DNA of 64,000 nt from an uncultured delta proteobacterium (GCA_963724765.1 CAVRVY010000004.1:800001-864000), one strand, 5' to 3'; counted from the stretch's first letter, positions 28,029 through 38,872 are shown. Notes: a model not told the origin generated them from the letters alone. Numbers and translations are program-made.

Positions 28029-29509
28029 TATTGTTCCAGCACCCAGGTATCCTTGCTGCCCCCGCCCTGCGACGAGTTCACGATGAGCGAGCCTTCGCGC
28101 AGCGCCACTCGCGTCAGCCCACCCGCCAGCACGCGCGGCTTTTTCCCGAGCAGCACGAAGGGCCGCAGATCGACGTGGCGCGCCACTAAAGCGGCCTTGC
28201 CGTCGCCACCTCCACCGACCAGCGTCGGATGCACAGAGAGCGGAAAGACCGGCTGTGCGATGTATCCGGCCGGGGCCATCTCGATACGCTTGCGCGCCTG
28301 CGCCAGATCCTCGTCCGTTGCGCTGGGTCCTATCACCACTCCGTAACCGCCCGAGGCTCCGGTCGGCTTGACCACGTAGCGGTCGAGATCGCGCAGCACC
28401 GTCTGTCTGACCTCGGGATCGCGCAACAGGTAGGTCTCGACGATCGGCAGTGACGGTTCCTCGCCCAGGTAGTAGCGGATCATCGCCGGCGTGTAGGCGA
28501 ACACGCCCTTGTCGTCGGCAACCCCGGTGCCGATCGCATTGGCCAGCGCCGCGTTGCCCGCGCGCAGCACCGCGGTCAGACCCGCGACGCCGAGCAGCGA
28601 ATCGGGACGAAAGACCACGGGGTCGAGGAAGTCGTCGTCAATCCGCCGGTACAGGACGTCGATTCGCCGGAGTCCATGAACCGTCTTCATGTACAATTTG
28701 TGATCTACGCATGCCAGGTCGCGTCCTTCGACCAGCTCGATTCCCATCTGCTGCGAAAGAAACACGTGCTCGAAGAACGCCGAATTGAATGGGCCCGGTG
28801 TCAGCAGCGCGACGGTGGGATCCGTGATGCCGTCCGGAGCCAGCTCGCGGAGGCTGGCCAAAAGGTAGGCCGGGTAATTCTCGACGCTGCTGACGCGCAA
28901 GCCGCGAATCAGCTCGGGCATCAGGCGTGTCATGATGCGCCGGTTCTCGATCACGTAGGACACGCCCGACGGCGTGCGGACATTGTCTTCCAGCACGTGG
29001 AAGCGTCCGTCGGCGCCGCGCACCAGGTCGATTCCCGCCACAGTGATGTAGATGCCGCCGGGCGGCTGGATACCGGCGGCGGCGTGACGGAACTGCGGCG
29101 AACCGATCAACAGGTCGCGCGGAATCACTCCGTCCTTGACGATCTGGCATTCGCCGTAGAGGTCGCCGACAAAGGCGTTGAGCGCGCGGGTGCGCTGGAT
29201 CAGGCCAGCTTCGAGTCCGGCCCAGACCTCGGCCGGGATGATCCGGGGAATCGGATCGAAGGGGAATATCCGTTCCTCGCCCTCATTATTGCCATAGACG
29301 TTGAAAGTCACGCCCATCGTCTGGAACATCCGATGCGCGCGCTCTCCGAGTTCGGCGAGCCGCTGGGATTCCATCGCGAGCAGGTACGCAATTACCCGCG
29401 CGCATTCCGGCCGCGGCCGCCCCTGGCCGTCGAACATCTCGTTGATTGGATGCTCGCTCGCCTCTGCCTGCCAACCGGGCACCGCAATGCCCGCCCGCTG
29501 TGCACCCAT
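28028..29509 (-). CDS. Circularly permuted type 2 ATP-grasp protein
   Basis: PFDPIPR, VLEDNVRTPSGVSY, YRRIDDDFLDP, GVADDK, NSSQGGGSKDTWV. Confidence 0.95.
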   Translation of the reverse strand: MGAQRAGIAVPGWQAEASEHPINEMFDGQGRPRPECARVIAYLLAMESQRLAELGERAHRMFQTMGVTFNVYGNNEGEERIFPFDPIPRIIPAEVWAGLEAGLIQRTRALNAFVGDLYGECQIVKDGVIPRDLLIGSPQFRHAAAGIQPPGGIYITVAGIDLVRGADGRFHVLEDNVRTPSGVSYVIENRRIMTRLMPELIRGLRVSSVENYPAYLLASLRELAPDGITDPTVALLTPGPFNSAFFEHVFLSQQMGIELVEGRDLACVDHKLYMKTVHGLRRIDVLYRRIDDDFLDPVVFRPDSLLGVAGLTAVLRAGNAALANAIGTGVADDKGVFAYTPAMIRYYLGEEPSLPIVETYLLRDPEVRQTVLRDLDRYVVKPTGASGGYGVVIGPSATDEDLAQARKRIEMAPAGYIAQPVFPLSVHPTLVGGGGDGKAALVARHVDLRPFVLLGKKPRVLAGGLTRVALREGSLIVNSSQGGGSKDTWVLEQ

Positions 29510-29618
29510 CGCGTCTACCTCGCACGAGCGCTCGTGCTTTCGTGCGGTCTCGCACGAGACGCGACGCTCAACAGCAAGGGACGTGCCCTGCCGGGAAGGT
29601 CTTATCGCGACGGGCGTA

Positions 29619-30416
29619 CTATGACAGGCGCGCGCGGCGGAGTTCCGCGATCGTCCGGGTCAGGCGCGGCAGCACGTCGGCCGAGCCGCCGCGCAGGCTC
29701 AGATCGCATAGCCCAGTAATTTCCGATTCGTAGAGGTTAACTTCAATCAGGCGGCCGCCGCGCTCCTTGACCTCGATCGCAAAGCCGGCCGCCGGATAGA
29801 CCGTCGCCGAGGTCCCACCCAGGATAACCAGGTCGGCGCGCGCAGAGTGCTCGGCGCATTCGCGCAGCGTGTCGGCGGGAATCGGCTCGCCGAACGCGAC
29901 CGTGTCGGCCTTCAGCATCCCGCGGCATTTCGGACAGAGCGGCGGCAACACCTCGAGACTTATCTCCTCTGCCTGGAAACGCATCCCGCACTGGAGGCAT
30001 CGGATGAGTTTCCAGTTGCCGTGAATCTCGGCGAGTTCCTTGTGCCCGGCCTGGCGATGCAGGTCGTCGACGTTCTGCGTGATAAGGAAGCGCAGCACGC
30101 CGATCTGCTCCAACTCGACGAAGGCGTAATGGCCGGGGTTGGGCCTGGCGATTTTGAGCGGCGCGAACAGCTCGTCGTCCTGGCGCTTAATCCGCTCCTC
30201 CCATCCCTTTTTTGGATCGGCGAGGAAAATCTGGTAGCCGTTCATCGGCGGCTCGCCGTACTTGGTCCACAGACCGCCCGGTCCGCGAAACGGCGGGATG
30301 CCGCTCTCGACCGACATCCCCGCGCCGGTCAGTGCGATCGCGTAGCGTGCATCGAGCAGCATTTCAGCCGCACGCCTTATCTGTTCGTCGGTCGCTCGTT
30401 CGACTTCTTTCGCCAT
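29619..30416 (-). CDS. cobB: NAD-dependent deacylase (sirtuin)
   Basis: TGAGMSVESGIPPFRG, TQNVDDLH, EIHGN, CxxC...CxxC, FGE, VYPAA; ATG 30416. Confidence 0.92.
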   Translation of the reverse strand: MAKEVERATDEQIRRAAEMLLDARYAIALTGAGMSVESGIPPFRGPGGLWTKYGEPPMNGYQIFLADPKKGWEERIKRQDDELFAPLKIARPNPGHYAFVELEQIGVLRFLITQNVDDLHRQAGHKELAEIHGNWKLIRCLQCGMRFQAEEISLEVLPPLCPKCRGMLKADTVAFGEPIPADTLRECAEHSARADLVILGGTSATVYPAAGFAIEVKERGGRLIEVNLYESEITGLCDLSLRGGSADVLPRLTRTIAELRRARLS

Positions 30417-30568
30417 CGCGCTCGCGTCACTCCCTGGCGCCTCGAGCGCCGCCGCGTGCCCGTCTCCTTGCGAGCCTAGCACAATGGCGTTACCGGCTCT
30501 CAAGCGGATTCAGCCGACGGGCGAGGTGCGGTTTGACGATGCGCGGAACGCGCGCTAGTGGAAAAGCG

Positions 30569-31048
30569 ATGGAGACTCTGGCGGCGCTCAGCGTCATCGA
30601 GGTCGGCGGCGACCGCTTGCGCATGGAGCAGGCGTGGGCGCTCCGCCGGCGCGTCTTCATCGAAGAGCAGCACGTGCCCGAGGAAGTCGAACTCGACGCG
30701 GACGACGCGCGCGCCTTCCATGCGCTCGCACTCGAGCGCGCAAGTCCGGCAGATCCGGCAAGTCTGGCAGGTCCCGAACGTCCGGTCGGATGCGGCCGGA
30801 TGCTCGCGCATGGCGATTACGTCAAGATCGGGCGGATGGCGGTGCTGGCCGAGCGCCGCGGCGCGGGCATCGGGCGGCGCGTGCTGGAGTTCCTGGTCGA
30901 ACGTGCTCGCCAGCGCGGCTTTCGGCGCGCCGTGCTCGACGCGCAACTCCACGCCGAGGGTTTCTACCGCAAACAAGGCTTCACGCCCGTCGGCGAGATA
31001 TTCGAGGAAGCCGGCATCATGCATCGCAGGATGGAACGCGCGCTGTAA
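30569..31048 (+). CDS. GNAT acetyltransferase (ElaA/YjcF-like)
   Basis: LRRRVFIEEQHVP, KIGRMAVL, RRGAGIG, AQLHAEGFY, FEEAGIMH. Confidence 0.92.
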   Translation: METLAALSVIEVGGDRLRMEQAWALRRRVFIEEQHVPEEVELDADDARAFHALALERASPADPASLAGPERPVGCGRMLAHGDYVKIGRMAVLAERRGAGIGRRVLEFLVERARQRGFRRAVLDAQLHAEGFYRKQGFTPVGEIFEEAGIMHRRMERAL

Positions 31049-31088
31049 GTTCAGAAAAACACGGAATCGATCGAAACGAAGGTAACTT

Positions 31089-31421
31089 ATGCGCCGGCGC
31101 GGACTATTAGTAGTCATGGCGGCAGCGCTGCTCGCGATGCTTTGCATGTCGGCGCGTCCGATGGCTGCCGGCATGGATGGCGTCATCATGCAGGGCGGCA
31201 AAATGATGATGATGAAGGGCGGCAAGGCGATGGAGCCGATGACCGCCAGCATGACGATGTCCAACGGCGCGGTCGTGACGCCCGAGGGTACGGTCAAGCT
31301 GCCCGGCGGCCAGGAAATACACATGAAGGACGGCCAGATGATGATGATGGATGGAACGGTCATGGATGGAGGCAAGGCCAAGCCGATGATGAAGCCCAAG
31401 GGCATCGATACGGGCGAGTAA
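31089..31421 (+). CDS. Secreted methionine-rich small protein (DUF6799-like)
   Basis: Signal peptide; 23 Met in 110 aa; DGVIMQGGKMMMMK and HMKDGQMMMMDG repeats. Confidence 0.8.
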   Translation: MRRRGLLVVMAAALLAMLCMSARPMAAGMDGVIMQGGKMMMMKGGKAMEPMTASMTMSNGAVVTPEGTVKLPGGQEIHMKDGQMMMMDGTVMDGGKAKPMMKPKGIDTGE

Positions 31422-31425
31422 CGCG

Positions 31426-32130
31426 ATGCGGTCCAGCGCGGTCCGCAAGACCACTCCAATAGATGAAGCAGTGGCCGACCCTCGCTTCTGGGGACGGCGC
31501 ATCCAGCCACTGACCATCCGGCTCAATCACTGGATGAATGTGCTGTTCATCGTTCTCATGGCGGGCAGTGGGCTGGAGATCTTCGCCGCCTATCCTTCGC
31601 TGGGGCCGCAGGGGGCGCAATACGGATGGTATCCGTGGCAGGGAGTCTCGCCGCCGAAATGGCTGACGATCGGCGGATGGCTGGCCGGTGCGCGGCACTG
31701 GCATTTCGCGATCGCCTGGTTTTTGGTCCTGAACGGCATCGTCTACCTCGCGTACTTTTTCGCGCGCGGCGAATGGCGCCGGCGGCTCTTTCTGCCGGCC
31801 CGCGATGCGAGTAACGCGCTCCGGATGTTCGGCTACTATCTGCGCGTGCTCAAGACGCCGCCGCCGGCCGACTTCTACAATGGACTGCAACGCTTCGCCT
31901 ACAGCTCTGTGGTAATAGTCATCACGCTGCAAGTGCTGTCGGGACTGGCTATCTATAAGCCGGTGCAACTCCACTGGCTATTGAGACTCTTCGGCGGTTA
32001 CGACGCGGCCCGCGTTATTCATCTGTTGGGGCTGGTGTTTATCGCGATGTTCGTCGTCACCCACATCGTGCTGGTGCTGCTGCATCCGCGGGAGCTGGCG
32101 GCAATGGTCACCGGAGGCAGGCGTGCCTAA
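31426..32130 (+). CDS. Di-heme cytochrome b (HupC/YdhU-like membrane subunit)
   Basis: IRLNHWMN, SGLEIF, ARHWHF, YNGLQRFAY, SGLAIYKPVQ, ARVIH...H. Confidence 0.9.
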   Translation: MRSSAVRKTTPIDEAVADPRFWGRRIQPLTIRLNHWMNVLFIVLMAGSGLEIFAAYPSLGPQGAQYGWYPWQGVSPPKWLTIGGWLAGARHWHFAIAWFLVLNGIVYLAYFFARGEWRRRLFLPARDASNALRMFGYYLRVLKTPPPADFYNGLQRFAYSSVVIVITLQVLSGLAIYKPVQLHWLLRLFGGYDAARVIHLLGLVFIAMFVVTHIVLVLLHPRELAAMVTGGRRA

Positions 32131-32818
32131 GATAATCACTCGGCGACAACTGCTCACGGGGTTCGCGGCGGCTGCGATGCTGGCCGGATGCGACACGCGC
32201 CATCCAGTGGCAGGTTTTCTGAAAAGCATGGGGCGTTTCAACGAACGCTTCGAAAGTCTGCTCTTCTCGCCCTCGCGTCTCGCTCCCGAAGCGCCCGAGA
32301 AAGACCTGACGCCCGAGCGTGCGTTTCCGAGTTACTTCATCGCGGACACGATGCCGTTTCCGCCTGCCGGATGGTCGCTCAAGGTGGGCGGGATGGTTGC
32401 GCGCCCAGGCGTGTTCACGCTCGAGCAGCTAAAGGCAATGCCCCGCACCGACATGCGCGTGCGCCACCATTGCGTGGAGGGCTGGTCGGCGGTTGCGGCC
32501 TGGCACGGTCTGCGGCTAAGCGAACTTGCGCGCATGGTCGGCGTCGATCCGCGCGTGCGCTACGTCGAGTTCCGCTCGTTCGACGAAAACTACTGGTCGT
32601 CGTGGGATCTTGGCAGCGCGCTTCATCCGCAGACCCTGCTCGCATATGGGATGAACGGGCACAATTTGCATCCCAACCACGGCGCGCCGCTGAGGGTCTA
32701 TTCCGCGATTAAACTCGGCTACAAAAGCGTCAAGTATCTGACCGAAGTCAATTTTCTACCCACTCCCACCGGGGGCTATTGGGAAAACCAGGGCTACGAA
32801 TGGTTCGCTGGAGTGTGA
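32123..32818 (+). CDS. Sulfite-oxidase-family molybdopterin oxidoreductase (MsrP/YedY-like), Tat lipoprotein
   Basis: TRRQLL twin-Arg plus LAGC lipobox; HHCVEGWS with Mo-ligand Cys; ALHPQTLLAY; HGAPLR; KLGYKSVK; GGYWE. Confidence 0.9.
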   Translation: MPKIITRRQLLTGFAAAAMLAGCDTRHPVAGFLKSMGRFNERFESLLFSPSRLAPEAPEKDLTPERAFPSYFIADTMPFPPAGWSLKVGGMVARPGVFTLEQLKAMPRTDMRVRHHCVEGWSAVAAWHGLRLSELARMVGVDPRVRYVEFRSFDENYWSSWDLGSALHPQTLLAYGMNGHNLHPNHGAPLRVYSAIKLGYKSVKYLTEVNFLPTPTGGYWENQGYEWFAGV

Positions 32819-32837
32819 TCGCGAAGAGGGGGAATAC

Positions 32838-34031
<1,194 letters not shown>

Positions 34032-34856
34032 TTACACGGTTGCGATGAATTCCTCGATGGTGCGCGCGACCGCCGCCGGCTGCTCGAGGATCACGTGATG
34101 ATGCGCGCCGGCGATCGTCACTAGCGAGGCGATCGGATTGGAAGCGACGGCGCGCGCCGCTCCTTCGGCGGTCATGATGCGGCTGTGCTCGGCGCGTATC
34201 AGCTGCAGCGGGTCGCGAATTTGCGCGATTGCGGCGAGCACGTCGATTCCATCGCTGCCGAGGAAGCTGTCGCGGTCGAACTTCATCGTCCAGCGGCCCT
34301 CGGAAGTTTGCCCGAGGCTCTTTTCAGCGATCGCCCTGAGCGTCGCAGGAGCGATCTCCCCCTCCTTGGGCATCAGGCGAAAGCGCGCAAGCGCGGTTTC
34401 GAGATCAGGATAATTGATGACCGGTAAGCCCTTGAGCCGGCGCAGGTAATGGTTGCGCCGATCGTTGGACGTGACCGCGGCGTCGATCGCGACGATCGCG
34501 CGCGCGAGGCCCGGATACTCGGCTGCGAAAGTCAGCGCGCTAATCCCGCCCATGCTGTGTCCGACCACGAACGGCCGTGGCGGCGCGCATTCCGCGATGA
34601 AACGCGCGAGGTCGTGGGCGTACTCCAGCGGGCCATACGCCGGCGGACGCACCCATTCGCTGTCGCCGTGGCCGCGCTGGTCGAGCGCGAGGAGGCGGAA
34701 GTCCGCCGCACGCATCACGTCGGCGAGCGGCTGCCACCACCAGGCGTTGGCCGAATTGCCGTGGAGCAGCACGATCGTACGCGCCGCGCCGGAATTCCAT
34801 TCCAGGTAGTGCAAGCGCGGCGCGGAGCCGGTGAAGCGGCTCAAGGGTTCGCTCAT
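34032..34856 (-). CDS. Alpha/beta hydrolase
   Basis: LLHG, DQRGHGDS, GHSMGG, AHHHV. Confidence 0.9.
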   Translation of the reverse strand: MSEPLSRFTGSAPRLHYLEWNSGAARTIVLLHGNSANAWWWQPLADVMRAADFRLLALDQRGHGDSEWVRPPAYGPLEYAHDLARFIAECAPPRPFVVGHSMGGISALTFAAEYPGLARAIVAIDAAVTSNDRRNHYLRRLKGLPVINYPDLETALARFRLMPKEGEIAPATLRAIAEKSLGQTSEGRWTMKFDRDSFLGSDGIDVLAAIAQIRDPLQLIRAEHSRIMTAEGAARAVASNPIASLVTIAGAHHHVILEQPAAVARTIEEFIATV

Positions 34857-34891
34857 CCGTTAATCCTTTGCGAATATGACAGCGACGTCAC

Positions 34892-35728
34892 CTACGCAGC
34901 CCCGTCCACGGCTTCGGCGAGAAACGGCGTCATCACGGCGACCAGTCCCGCGGGATTGTCGATCGGCACGTGATGGTTGGAGTTCTCGACCTGGACCATC
35001 CTTCCGTGTGCCATCCGCGCCGCCATCGCGCGCGCGAACGAGGCCGAGAGCACCGGGCTCAGCGCCGCCTTTATCAGCAGCGCCGGGCATCGGATGCGCT
35101 CGAGTTCGCCGTCGAGCTGGACCGGCTCGCGCCTTAGCGTGCGGCGATCCATCTTGTGCACCCATTTGCCGTCGGCGCGTTGACGAAAGCTAAGTTCCGC
35201 CACGTGGCCGAGAGCCTCGGGCGAGGCCAGTGTGTCGCCAGGCAACAGGCGGAACGAGGCGACCGCGTCGGGAAGGGAGTCGTATACCGAGGCGGGGCGA
35301 TCGGCGATTGCCGCCAGCGTTGCGACCGCGTGCTTCGGATAGGCTGGTATCGAGTCGATCGCGATCATCGCGCGCAGCCGCTCGCTGTGCCCGACCGCAT
35401 AGACCATCACGCTATGGCCGCCCATCGAGTGGCCCACCAGCACCGGTGCGCCCAGGCCCCATCCGTCGATCACGGCCTCGAGGTCGGCGGCGTAGTGGCG
35501 CGAGCCATAGGCCCACTGCGCTGTCCACGGACTGTCTCCGTGACCGCGCTGGTCGAGCGCCATCACGTGAAAGCGGCTGGTCAGCGAGGGCGCGACGAAA
35601 TCCCACCATCGCGCGTGCGCCGCGCCGCCATGCACCAGCAGCATCGGCGGCCTGCCCTCGCCTCCATAATCGACACAGCTAAGCTCGATGCCGTCGCCCT
35701 TGAATTTTATGACTTTTGGACGCTCCAT
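34892..35728 (-). CDS. Alpha/beta hydrolase (tandem paralog)
   Basis: VHGG, DQRGHGDS, GHSMGG, NHHV. Confidence 0.9.
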   Translation of the reverse strand: MERPKVIKFKGDGIELSCVDYGGEGRPPMLLVHGGAAHARWWDFVAPSLTSRFHVMALDQRGHGDSPWTAQWAYGSRHYAADLEAVIDGWGLGAPVLVGHSMGGHSVMVYAVGHSERLRAMIAIDSIPAYPKHAVATLAAIADRPASVYDSLPDAVASFRLLPGDTLASPEALGHVAELSFRQRADGKWVHKMDRRTLRREPVQLDGELERIRCPALLIKAALSPVLSASFARAMAARMAHGRMVQVENSNHHVPIDNPAGLVAVMTPFLAEAVDGAA

Positions 35729-35854
35729 ACCGAAATGTCGGACCTTTTCCTAATCTGCTTACACCGCGCGAGGCTGTCTGGCGCGGGGTCCGCGGCTTTG
35801 CAACACGCAAGTCCGCGTGCCACGATTCTATCAGCGGCAGGTAAGACGAACTCA

Positions 35855-36412
35855 ATGCGGATCGGGGCGAAACTGGCCTTGCTGGGCCTTGCGGGGATGC
35901 TCGCGATGGGTGCGCCGGCGCTTGCGCGCGCCGACGAAGCCAACGCAGCCAAGGCGCGTTCATTGGTCGATGCGGCCATCAACATGACCGACAGCCAGCA
36001 GGCGGTAAAACTGCTGTGGCAGGCGAGCGATATCGACCCGACGCTGGAGGACCCGTACGTCTATCTCGGCCTGTACTACAACTCGCGATCGCAGTTCGAC
36101 CAGGTCGTCTCGGTCTACAAGAAGCTGATCAAGTACGAGCCCAACTCGCTCAGCGCCTACCTCAATATCGGCGAGGCGTACATGTCGTTCACGCCGCCCA
36201 AGGCGGCCGACGCGCTTCCCTACTACCAGAAGGCTTACCAGATCGATTCGACCTCGGCCTTCGCGGCGCTCAGACTCGGCGAGGTTTACGCGCAGATGGG
36301 TAATCGCGAGCAGGCGGCGCACTATCTCAATCAAGCCGCGGCCGACAACGCCAAGAACCCGGCCGTGGCGGCCGAGGCGCGCAAAGTATTGGGCGACATG
36401 GGCGCGATGTAG
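35855..36412 (+). CDS. Secreted TPR protein
   Basis: Signal peptide (ARA-D); TPR helices YVYLGLYY, AYLNIGEAY, ALRLGEVY. Confidence 0.85.
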   Translation: MRIGAKLALLGLAGMLAMGAPALARADEANAAKARSLVDAAINMTDSQQAVKLLWQASDIDPTLEDPYVYLGLYYNSRSQFDQVVSVYKKLIKYEPNSLSAYLNIGEAYMSFTPPKAADALPYYQKAYQIDSTSAFAALRLGEVYAQMGNREQAAHYLNQAAADNAKNPAVAAEARKVLGDMGAM

Positions 36413-36431
36413 CTGCGGCGCGGACGGGGGA

Positions 36432-36878
36432 CTACGGAGGGGGGCCGCCGCCGTCGTGAGGCCCGCCCTCAGGAGGAGGTCCACCCTGCGGAGGTCCGCC
36501 TCCGCCGCCATGCATGCCGGGACCGCCGTCGCGGTCGCGCTCGGGGGGCGGCCTGAATTCGCGATCGAATTTCTCCTGCTGCTCGGGCGTCAGCAGGGCG
36601 CGAACCCGTGTGCGCGCCTGAGTCATCGTTTCGTGGCGCTGATGCTGGAACTCCTCGCGCAGGTTCGTCACCTTGGCGCGCGTTTCCTTTACGATCTGGA
36701 GGAGTTGATCGCGCTGCGTAGGCGTCAGATTCAGCTCATGCTGCATCCGCTCGATGAATGATTCGTGCGGAATCCCCAGCCATCGGTAGCGATAAGCAAA
36801 ACTGCTCGCGGCGAACCCGATTGCCAGGCCCGCGATTGCAATCGCCACGAACAGCCAGCCTCTGCTCTTATCCGGCAA
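36432..36878 (-). CDS. Spy/CpxP-like periplasmic protein
   Basis: TM segment, LNLTPTQ and LLTPEQ motifs, Gly/Pro tail. Confidence 0.75.
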   Translation of the reverse strand: MPDKSRGWLFVAIAIAGLAIGFAASSFAYRYRWLGIPHESFIERMQHELNLTPTQRDQLLQIVKETRAKVTNLREEFQHQRHETMTQARTRVRALLTPEQQEKFDREFRPPPERDRDGGPGMHGGGGGPPQGGPPPEGGPHDGGGPPP

Positions 36879-37473
36879 GGTCGTTGCTCACCGCGGGTAT
36901 CGGGGGTATCTGCTCCCCAAGGAAATCCGTGTCCGGCTGCACGGCCGTTTCGGAAATCGAATCCGAATTGCTCAGGACGTCGTCGAAAGACTGGGACGGT
37001 GCGGCTACCGAGAAGTAGGCGAGCAGCACGGCCGCCGCCACCGCCGAAAATCCCGCCGCGACGTCGCGCCATTGACGCGAGGGACGGCGATCGGCGAGCC
37101 GGTAGACCGAAGAAGCGCGCCGCAGGATTTCAGCCGCACGGTGAGCGTCGGCGCGCCGCAATCCATTCATGTCTATGGGCACATCGATCGAGGTTTTTTG
37201 CGAAGTTCTTTGCGAAGTTGTTTGTGAAGCGCCTTGTGGAACGTCTGGGGCAACTTGCGGCGCAGTATGCGGCGTCGCGCTGATTCCAGTCTCGGCCGCC
37301 ACCGCTGCACCCTTGGCATGAAGCATCGGCGCGGTCAGCGCAAAGGCACGAAATGCGCGGTCACACTTGGAGCATCCTTTGAGATGAGCGAGCAACTCCA
37401 GACGGCGTTCGCCGTCGAGCGCGCCACACCAAAAGCCCACGAAATCCTGACGTGTTTCAAAGCAATTCATCAT
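36868..37473 (-). CDS. Zinc-binding (ZAS) anti-sigma factor
   Basis: N-terminal C plus HLKGCSKC (HxxxCxxC), single TM; overlaps the sigma stop. Confidence 0.85.
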   Translation of the reverse strand: MMNCFETRQDFVGFWCGALDGERRLELLAHLKGCSKCDRAFRAFALTAPMLHAKGAAVAAETGISATPHTAPQVAPDVPQGASQTTSQRTSQKTSIDVPIDMNGLRRADAHRAAEILRRASSVYRLADRRPSRQWRDVAAGFSAVAAAVLLAYFSVAAPSQSFDDVLSNSDSISETAVQPDTDFLGEQIPPIPAVSNDLAG

Positions 37474-38108
37474 TCACTCTCCGGCTTGCGCGGCCGTACC
37501 AGGCGCGCCGCCTGACGGCGCAACGCCTGCCGCGCCCGAAAGGCGCGGATTTTAACCTTCGCTTCGCTCCAGCCGACGATGTCGGCAATTTCGCTGACGC
37601 TCATTTCTTCTCCGTTTTGCAGCGTCAGTACCAACCTGTCCTCGGGCCGCAGCGTTGCCAGCAACTTGTCCGCCAACGTCTTGGCTTCGCGCCGTTCCTC
37701 GGCCGCCTCGACCAACTCCTCGGGCGTGGCCGTATTAACCAGGCCCAGCCAGTTCGCCTCGGCCACACTGAAGTCGGCCACCAGTTCCTCGGGGCGACGC
37801 CGGCGCCGGCGCAATTCGTCATAGCACAGGTTGGTGGCAATGGCTCGTAACCAGGCACCGAACGGAATTTCCGCGCGATAGCCTTTCAAGCCACCATAGG
37901 CGTGGATGAAGGTTTCCTGGGCCAGGTCGCGGACCTGCTCGGCGTCGGAAAAAAAGCGCTGGCAAATGCGCTCGACGCGTGGGCGATGGCGTGTGGCCAG
38001 CTCTGCGAAGGCCGCAGACTCGCCCTTCAGCGCCCCCGCTACCAGGTCCTGGTCCGATGGCTCCGACACGCTACGCGCGAAACGCTTGAATGCAAGGATG
38101 CCACGCAT
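37470..38108 (-). CDS. ECF RNA polymerase sigma factor
   Basis: AFAELATRH, DLAQETF, WLRAIATN, region 4 SVSEIADIVG..VKIRAFRAR. Confidence 0.93.
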   Translation of the reverse strand: MRGILAFKRFARSVSEPSDQDLVAGALKGESAAFAELATRHRPRVERICQRFFSDAEQVRDLAQETFIHAYGGLKGYRAEIPFGAWLRAIATNLCYDELRRRRRRPEELVADFSVAEANWLGLVNTATPEELVEAAEERREAKTLADKLLATLRPEDRLVLTLQNGEEMSVSEIADIVGWSEAKVKIRAFRARQALRRQAARLVRPRKPESE

Positions 38109-38121
38109 ACCTGATAGAAAG

Positions 38122-38147
38122 TACGACGGCTCCGGTCCATGGTTACA
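38122..38147 (-). promoter_or_regulatory. ECF-type autoregulatory promoter
   Basis: TGTAAC-N16-CGTA (-35 AAC, -10 CGT) 14 bp upstream of the sigma ATG. Confidence 0.6.
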
Positions 38148-38209
38148 CCGAAAATGCCCGGTTTCCGGCCAGATTCGCCCTCATCATCGAACGCTACGCC
38201 TGCCGGGCG

Positions 38210-38872
38210 CTACCCCCGCCGGGGTGGCCGGTCCAGACCGGCACGGTCCAGGTCCTCGGGGGTATCGAGGTCAGTCAACACACCGGGGTCGTCAACGTCG
38301 ATGTAGGCGACGCGATCCGGGTCTGCGGCCACGACCACCCGGGCCCCCTGGTCTTCGGGCGCGGCTGCAAGCTCGCCAAACAGCTCACGCGCAAACAGCA
38401 CGGGATGGCCGCGGCGACCACGGTACCGCGCGATCGCTATCGGCCTGCCCACGCGCCGATAGCCGTCGATAACCGCGGCGAAAGTCTCTGCACGGACCAT
38501 CGGATGGTCCGCCAGGTGAATCAGCGCGCCCGCCGCGTCGAGACCGACGTGAGGGACCGCCACCTTGATCGAGGAAAGCTGGCCGCGAAGATAGTCGGGA
38601 TTTTCGACCACCGCGATTCGCGGATCGGAGGGCATTGCGCTTCGCACCGCGTCGCCATGCGCGCCGACCACCACGATCAGCCGCGCGACGCTTTGCAGCA
38701 TCGCGGCCGCGAGTATTTCGATGAAGGTGCGCGACCCCAGCTTGAGCAACGGCTTGGGATAGCCCATCCGGCGCGACTCGCCCGCCGCCAGCAGGATCGC
38801 CTCGAACCGCGCACTGGCGGCGGACACTGCGTTTCCGCCTTGACCTGCCGCCACCACTGGATCGCTCCGCAC
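38210..38872 (-). CDS. mocA: Molybdenum cofactor cytidylyltransferase (MocA-like)
   Basis: LLAAGESRRMGYPK, GQLSS, LADHP, GHPVLF, DQGAR, DLDTPED; start may be GTG 38827. Confidence 0.85.
   Translation of the reverse strand: MRSDPVVAAGQGGNAVSAASARFEAILLAAGESRRMGYPKPLLKLGSRTFIEILAAAMLQSVARLIVVVGAHGDAVRSAMPSDPRIAVVENPDYLRGQLSSIKVAVPHVGLDAAGALIHLADHPMVRAETFAAVIDGYRRVGRPIAIARYRGRRGHPVLFARELFGELAAAPEDQGARVVVAADPDRVAYIDVDDPGVLTDLDTPEDLDRAGLDRPPRRG

Noticed and set aside
31030-31088. ECF promoter for the Met-rich operon (TGTAAG...CGAT)
   Set aside because: Mismatch in -35 and spacer of 18; not convincing
35807-35822. Sigma54-like TGGCAC-GCGGAC-TTGC upstream of the hydrolase/pobA genes
   Set aside because: Spacing is GG-N11-GC; sigma54 requires N10
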